Assembly (NCBI GenBank): GCA_016936975.1
Contig: JAFGWU010000005.1
Coordinates: 18,327 to 82,326 of the forward strand
DNA: 64,000 bases
Source of the DNA: Bacteroidales bacterium
GTDB lineage: Bacteria; Bacteroidota; Bacteroidia; Bacteroidales; GCA-2748055
Direction of reading: 5' to 3'
Both the position numbers and the translations under genes were made by a program. Within the stretch, counting starts at the first letter, position 1. Each line of letters starts with the position of its first letter. The notes below the pieces were generated by a model. The model was not told where the DNA came from. It saw only the letters and a list, made by a program, of their open reading frames with translations, and did no database searches. This document shows, piece after piece, positions 60,963 to 64,000 of this stretch.

Positions 60963-62072
60963 TTACAGATCGGGTCTGACCAGGTTCATCCAGGTCGGGA
61001 ACACTTCCGGGTGACCGTTCAGGGTGGTCCGTGTATCTTTCAGAAAGGTTTTCATCGATTCGAAATCACTCCATGGCATATTCATTCCTGAAGCCGTTGC
61101 TGAATCAATGGCTGCCGGAATCAGCCGGAATGCAGGGCCTTTATCTGTTATGGGTTTATAGACCCAGAAAGGGAGATAGGCATAGCGGGAGACAATGGTT
61201 CGCCGGTTCTTTTTCTCCAGTTCCATTTCAAAAGCAATGCCACCATCCCTGTAGCGTGTCCGCTGATTGGAGATGAAGTTCCCCAGGGAATAGACGATGA
61301 TCACCCCCGTTTCCGTCCGTTCCAGGGGTTGCACCACATGGGGATGGGATCCGATAACGGCATCGGCTCCGTTCCGGAGAAGGAAGCGGGCGAATTTTTT
61401 CTGGGCGTCATCCGGAGTCAGTTCATACTCATTACCCCAGTGCACTGTCACCACGGTGAAGTCGGGTCGTGCCCCGGATGCCTTTTCAAGGTCCTCCAGG
61501 ATTTGGATGGTGTCGAGGTAATTGACAATAGCGGGAGGTTCGGGGGAGAGGCCGTTTGTCCCGTAGGTTATGTTCAGAATGGCCAGCCTGATGCCGTTCT
61601 TCTCCACGATCAGGGGATAGGTTAAGGCACGGGTGAAGGCATTCTTAAAGGTCCCGGTGTGAATGAATCCCTGCTGTTCGAGTTGCTCAATGGTTCGTTC
61701 CACTCCTGCACGGCCCCTGTCCAGGGCATGATTGTTGGCTGTCAGCAGAATGTCAAACCCGGTCTCATGCAGGGCTGTTCCCAGCTCATCGGGACTGGAG
61801 AAGGCAGGATATCCTTTGTAGGGAGGGCCGGCAAGGGTGACCTCCAGATTGCCTGCCGTGATATCTGCCGAAGAGAGATAGGGCTCCAGGTACCGGAAAC
61901 AGGAGGTGTAGTCGTATCCGGCAGTTCCCGTGTTCAATGCCGATTCGATCTGGGAATCATGACCCATGATATCGCCTGTAAAGATGATCCTCAGCGTGGG
62001 ATAATCCTGGGAACAAAGGACCTGGAAAGAGAGAATTGCAGAAAAGAACAGCGCAAACTTCATAAAATTCAT
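60963..62072 (-). CDS. CapA/PGA_cap-family metallophosphatase-like protein, secreted (divergent paralog of 57515..58591)
   Basis: Signal MNFMKFALFFSAILSFQVLCSQ. Motifs TGDIMGHD, AGNLEV, TANNHALD, VHWGNEY, GSHPH and YSLGN. Confidence 0.75.
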   Translation of the reverse strand: MNFMKFALFFSAILSFQVLCSQDYPTLRIIFTGDIMGHDSQIESALNTGTAGYDYTSCFRYLEPYLSSADITAGNLEVTLAGPPYKGYPAFSSPDELGTALHETGFDILLTANNHALDRGRAGVERTIEQLEQQGFIHTGTFKNAFTRALTYPLIVEKNGIRLAILNITYGTNGLSPEPPAIVNYLDTIQILEDLEKASGARPDFTVVTVHWGNEYELTPDDAQKKFARFLLRNGADAVIGSHPHVVQPLERTETGVIIVYSLGNFISNQRTRYRDGGIAFEMELEKKNRRTIVSRYAYLPFWVYKPITDKGPAFRLIPAAIDSATASGMNMPWSDFESMKTFLKDTRTTLNGHPEVFPTWMNLVRPDL

Positions 62073-62087
62073 TTTTCAAAAGCGTGT

Positions 62088-62876
62088 TTACCATCCCCCG
62101 CCGGCACCGCCGCCACCGAATGAGCCGCCGCCCCCGCCGGAGAATCCTCCGAATCCGCCGCCGAACCCGCCCCTGCCCGAAGAGAAGCTCCCGAAACTGC
62201 CGGAATGGCGCGAACCCGAATTGAGCATCCCGAGCGCAATCAACAGGGGAATATTGCGGCTTCCGATCCCCACGCTCCGCCTCCTGCTGCCTCCGAAGAT
62301 CGCCATGAAAATCATGATGGCAATGAAGATGCCAATGACGGAGGCACCCGTCCCTCCCGACTGCTTCATGTATTCATCGGGGGTGAAACTCCCTTCCAGC
62401 AGTGAGATCATCACGTCGATGCCACTGTTGATCCCTTCAAAAAAGTTGCCTTCCCTGAACCGTGGCAGGATCTCATTATGGACGATTCTGCTGGCAATGG
62501 CATCGGGGATATACTCTTCCAGTCCGTATCCCGTGGAAATAAAGACCTGCCGGTCCATCATATCCATCAGGATGATCAGCCCGTTATCCCTGCCCTGCTG
62601 TCCCACGCCCCAAAGCTCCCCGATCTGCGGCGCCAGGTCGGAGGCAGCATACCCTTCATTGTCGGAAAGGGTGACCAGGAAAATCTGGGTGGAGGTGTTG
62701 TACTCGAACCGGCCCAGCTTTTCCTCGAGCAGGCGCTTCTCATCCGCCGAAAATATGCCGGCGTAGTCATTGACCCATGAGGAAGGCTGATCGGGAACCG
62801 GCAGGCGGATCTGTCCGGAAAGAGGGGTCAGCAACAGGACCAGGATGGATATGGAACTCAGCAGGGATGGTTTCAT
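62088..62876 (-). CDS. TPM-domain protein (YgcG-like) with TM segment and Gly-rich C-terminal tail
   Basis: Signal peptide, TPM-like core (VNDYAGIFSADEKRLLEEKL...QIFLVTL), TM (VIGIFIAIMIFMAIFGG) and tail GGFGGGFGGFSGGGGGSFGGGGAGGGW. Confidence 0.7.
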   Translation of the reverse strand: MKPSLLSSISILVLLLTPLSGQIRLPVPDQPSSWVNDYAGIFSADEKRLLEEKLGRFEYNTSTQIFLVTLSDNEGYAASDLAPQIGELWGVGQQGRDNGLIILMDMMDRQVFISTGYGLEEYIPDAIASRIVHNEILPRFREGNFFEGINSGIDVMISLLEGSFTPDEYMKQSGGTGASVIGIFIAIMIFMAIFGGSRRRSVGIGSRNIPLLIALGMLNSGSRHSGSFGSFSSGRGGFGGGFGGFSGGGGGSFGGGGAGGGW

Positions 62877-62878
62877 GA

Positions 62879-63316
62879 TTAATCTCCAAATGAAATCTCA
62901 TTCGATAATTCGTTCACATCATCCGACTGATGTGGAAAATGCTTCTTCAGCTGATCACCGGCCATCAGAATACCCTTCTCCAATCCTTCGGCGAATTGAT
63001 TCTCCCTGAAAAGTTTCAACATCTCCTCCTTGATATTATCCCAGAAATTTTCGGGGGTTTTCAGGTTGATCCCGGCATCTCCCAGGATGGCAAACTTCCG
63101 GTCCCTGACTGCCAGGTAGAAGAGTACGCCGTTGCGGAGCTTTGTTTTATGCATCTCAAGTTTCCCGAACCACCATGCAGCCCTGTCCATTAAATCCTCC
63201 CTGCAATAGTTGTCGATATGGATGCGGATCTCACCGGACGTATTCAGCTCGGCCTCTTTAATGGCGCGTTTCAGGCTGGACTCCTCCTCTCTGGAAAAAA
63301 AATTGGCTGCGATCAT
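62879..63316 (-). CDS. TPM-domain (TLP18.3/Psb32/MOLO-1-type) protein
   Basis: 145 aa with EESSLKRAIKEAELNTSGEIRIHI...VLFYLAVRDRKFAILGD. Confidence 0.65.
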   Translation of the reverse strand: MIAANFFSREEESSLKRAIKEAELNTSGEIRIHIDNYCREDLMDRAAWWFGKLEMHKTKLRNGVLFYLAVRDRKFAILGDAGINLKTPENFWDNIKEEMLKLFRENQFAEGLEKGILMAGDQLKKHFPHQSDDVNELSNEISFGD

Positions 63317-63325
63317 CAGAATCGG

Positions 63326-63916
63326 TTAAAATTCCACCTGGGGAACGGTCTCTGCCCCTTCGGTGGCTTCAAAATACCCCTTTTCATCAAAATTGGTCAG
63401 AGAAGCAATGATATTGGCTGGGAACCTTCGTACGGCTGTATTGAATGCCCTGACCGCCTCATTGAACTTGCGTCTTTCCACCTGGATCCGGTTTTCAGTT
63501 CCTTCCAGTTGAGCCTGCAGCTCCAGGAAGTTCTGGTTGGCTTTCAGGTCAGGGTAGCGCTCGATGGTTACGAGCAGGCGCGACAGGGCACCGCTGAGTT
63601 CATCCTGCGCCGACTGGAACTGTGCAATGGCTTCCGGAGTGAGGTTGGATGGGTCGACCGTCACGCTCGAGGCTTTGGCCCTGGCTTCAATGACCTGGAC
63701 CAGTGTCTCCTGTTCGAAATCGGCATACCCCTTCACCGTGTTCACAAGGTTGGGTATCAGGTCCAACCTGCGCTGGTACTGGCTTTCGACATTCGACCAC
63801 TGCTCTCCCACCTGCTCGTCGGCCGTAACAAACCCGTTGTACTTCCCGACACCCCAGATCGCGATGATGCCCAGGATAACCAGTAAAATGATGAGACCTC
63901 TGCTTTTCGTTTTCAT
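63326..63916 (-). CDS. LemA-family membrane protein
   Basis: Start at ATG 63916 (MKTKSRGLIILLVILGIIAIWGV). LemA-like YQRRLDLIPNLVNTVKGYADFE and ENRIQVERRKFNEAV. Confidence 0.8.
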   Translation of the reverse strand: MKTKSRGLIILLVILGIIAIWGVGKYNGFVTADEQVGEQWSNVESQYQRRLDLIPNLVNTVKGYADFEQETLVQVIEARAKASSVTVDPSNLTPEAIAQFQSAQDELSGALSRLLVTIERYPDLKANQNFLELQAQLEGTENRIQVERRKFNEAVRAFNTAVRRFPANIIASLTNFDEKGYFEATEGAETVPQVEF

Positions 63917-64000
63917 CGGTTTATGATTTAATATGGATTCAACAATTTTTCTCAAAAATAATAAATCTGAGGCTCTCCTGACCACCGGTTTTGAACAATC

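Noticed and set aside
1-64000. Mobile elements, prophage, integrative elements, tRNA/rRNA genes.
   Set aside because: No transposase, integrase, recombinase or phage-like ORFs appear in the six-frame track. No long inverted or direct repeats were noticed. All intergenic gaps are 203 nt or shorter and none folds into an obvious tRNA cloverleaf by eye.

Overview
This is a densely packed 64-kb chromosomal segment. By gene content it looks like a Bacteroidota genome: ompH-murI synteny, a Na+-NQR operon nqrABCDEF-apbE, a DUF5103/T9SS-plug-like protein, PorE-like TPR/PD40/OmpA proteins, and TAnnTTTG-type promoter boxes. All calls rest on reading the supplied translations and DNA by eye. No database search, HMM scan or GC/codon statistic was run. 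I support about 55 protein-coding genes, most of them core functions. They include glutamate racemase, 2-oxoacid:ferredoxin oxidoreductase korAB, an exported Fe/Mn SOD, gdhA, the threonine operon thrA-HAD-thrB-thrC, fabD, folE, queD, hldD and gmhB. Also present are the NQR operon, a fused E1 alpha/beta dehydrogenase, nhaC, holA, a rhomboid protease, lysA, recR, alaS, Nif3 and a MerR regulator. I saw no rRNA, tRNA, CRISPR array, transposase, integrase or phage genes, so this is not an obvious mobile or defence island. The best candidate for an undescribed system is at 4578-11074. It is a tandem pair of very large paralogous proteins, each with a pseudo-receiver, a receiver, a PPDK_N-like ATP-grasp and a conserved C-terminal module carrying a G[ST]HFFHN motif. 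The first paralog also has an N-terminal GAF-like sensor. The pair is translationally coupled to korB and is followed by a Tat-signal SOD and gdhA, which places it at a 2-oxoglutarate/redox node. Secondary candidates are: (1) two paralogous single-TM Cys-rich miniproteins convergent on nqr-apbE, possibly NqrM-like maturation factors; (2) three tandem TPR/PD40 envelope proteins that together carry the PorE domain set, co-oriented with a GNAT; (3) a GT2 fused to a polytopic membrane region and a degenerate phosphoglycosyl-transferase remnant; (4) a cell-envelope cluster of three intact M23 peptidases plus CapA-like metallophosphatases; (5) a LemA-TPM-TPM-CapA operon.
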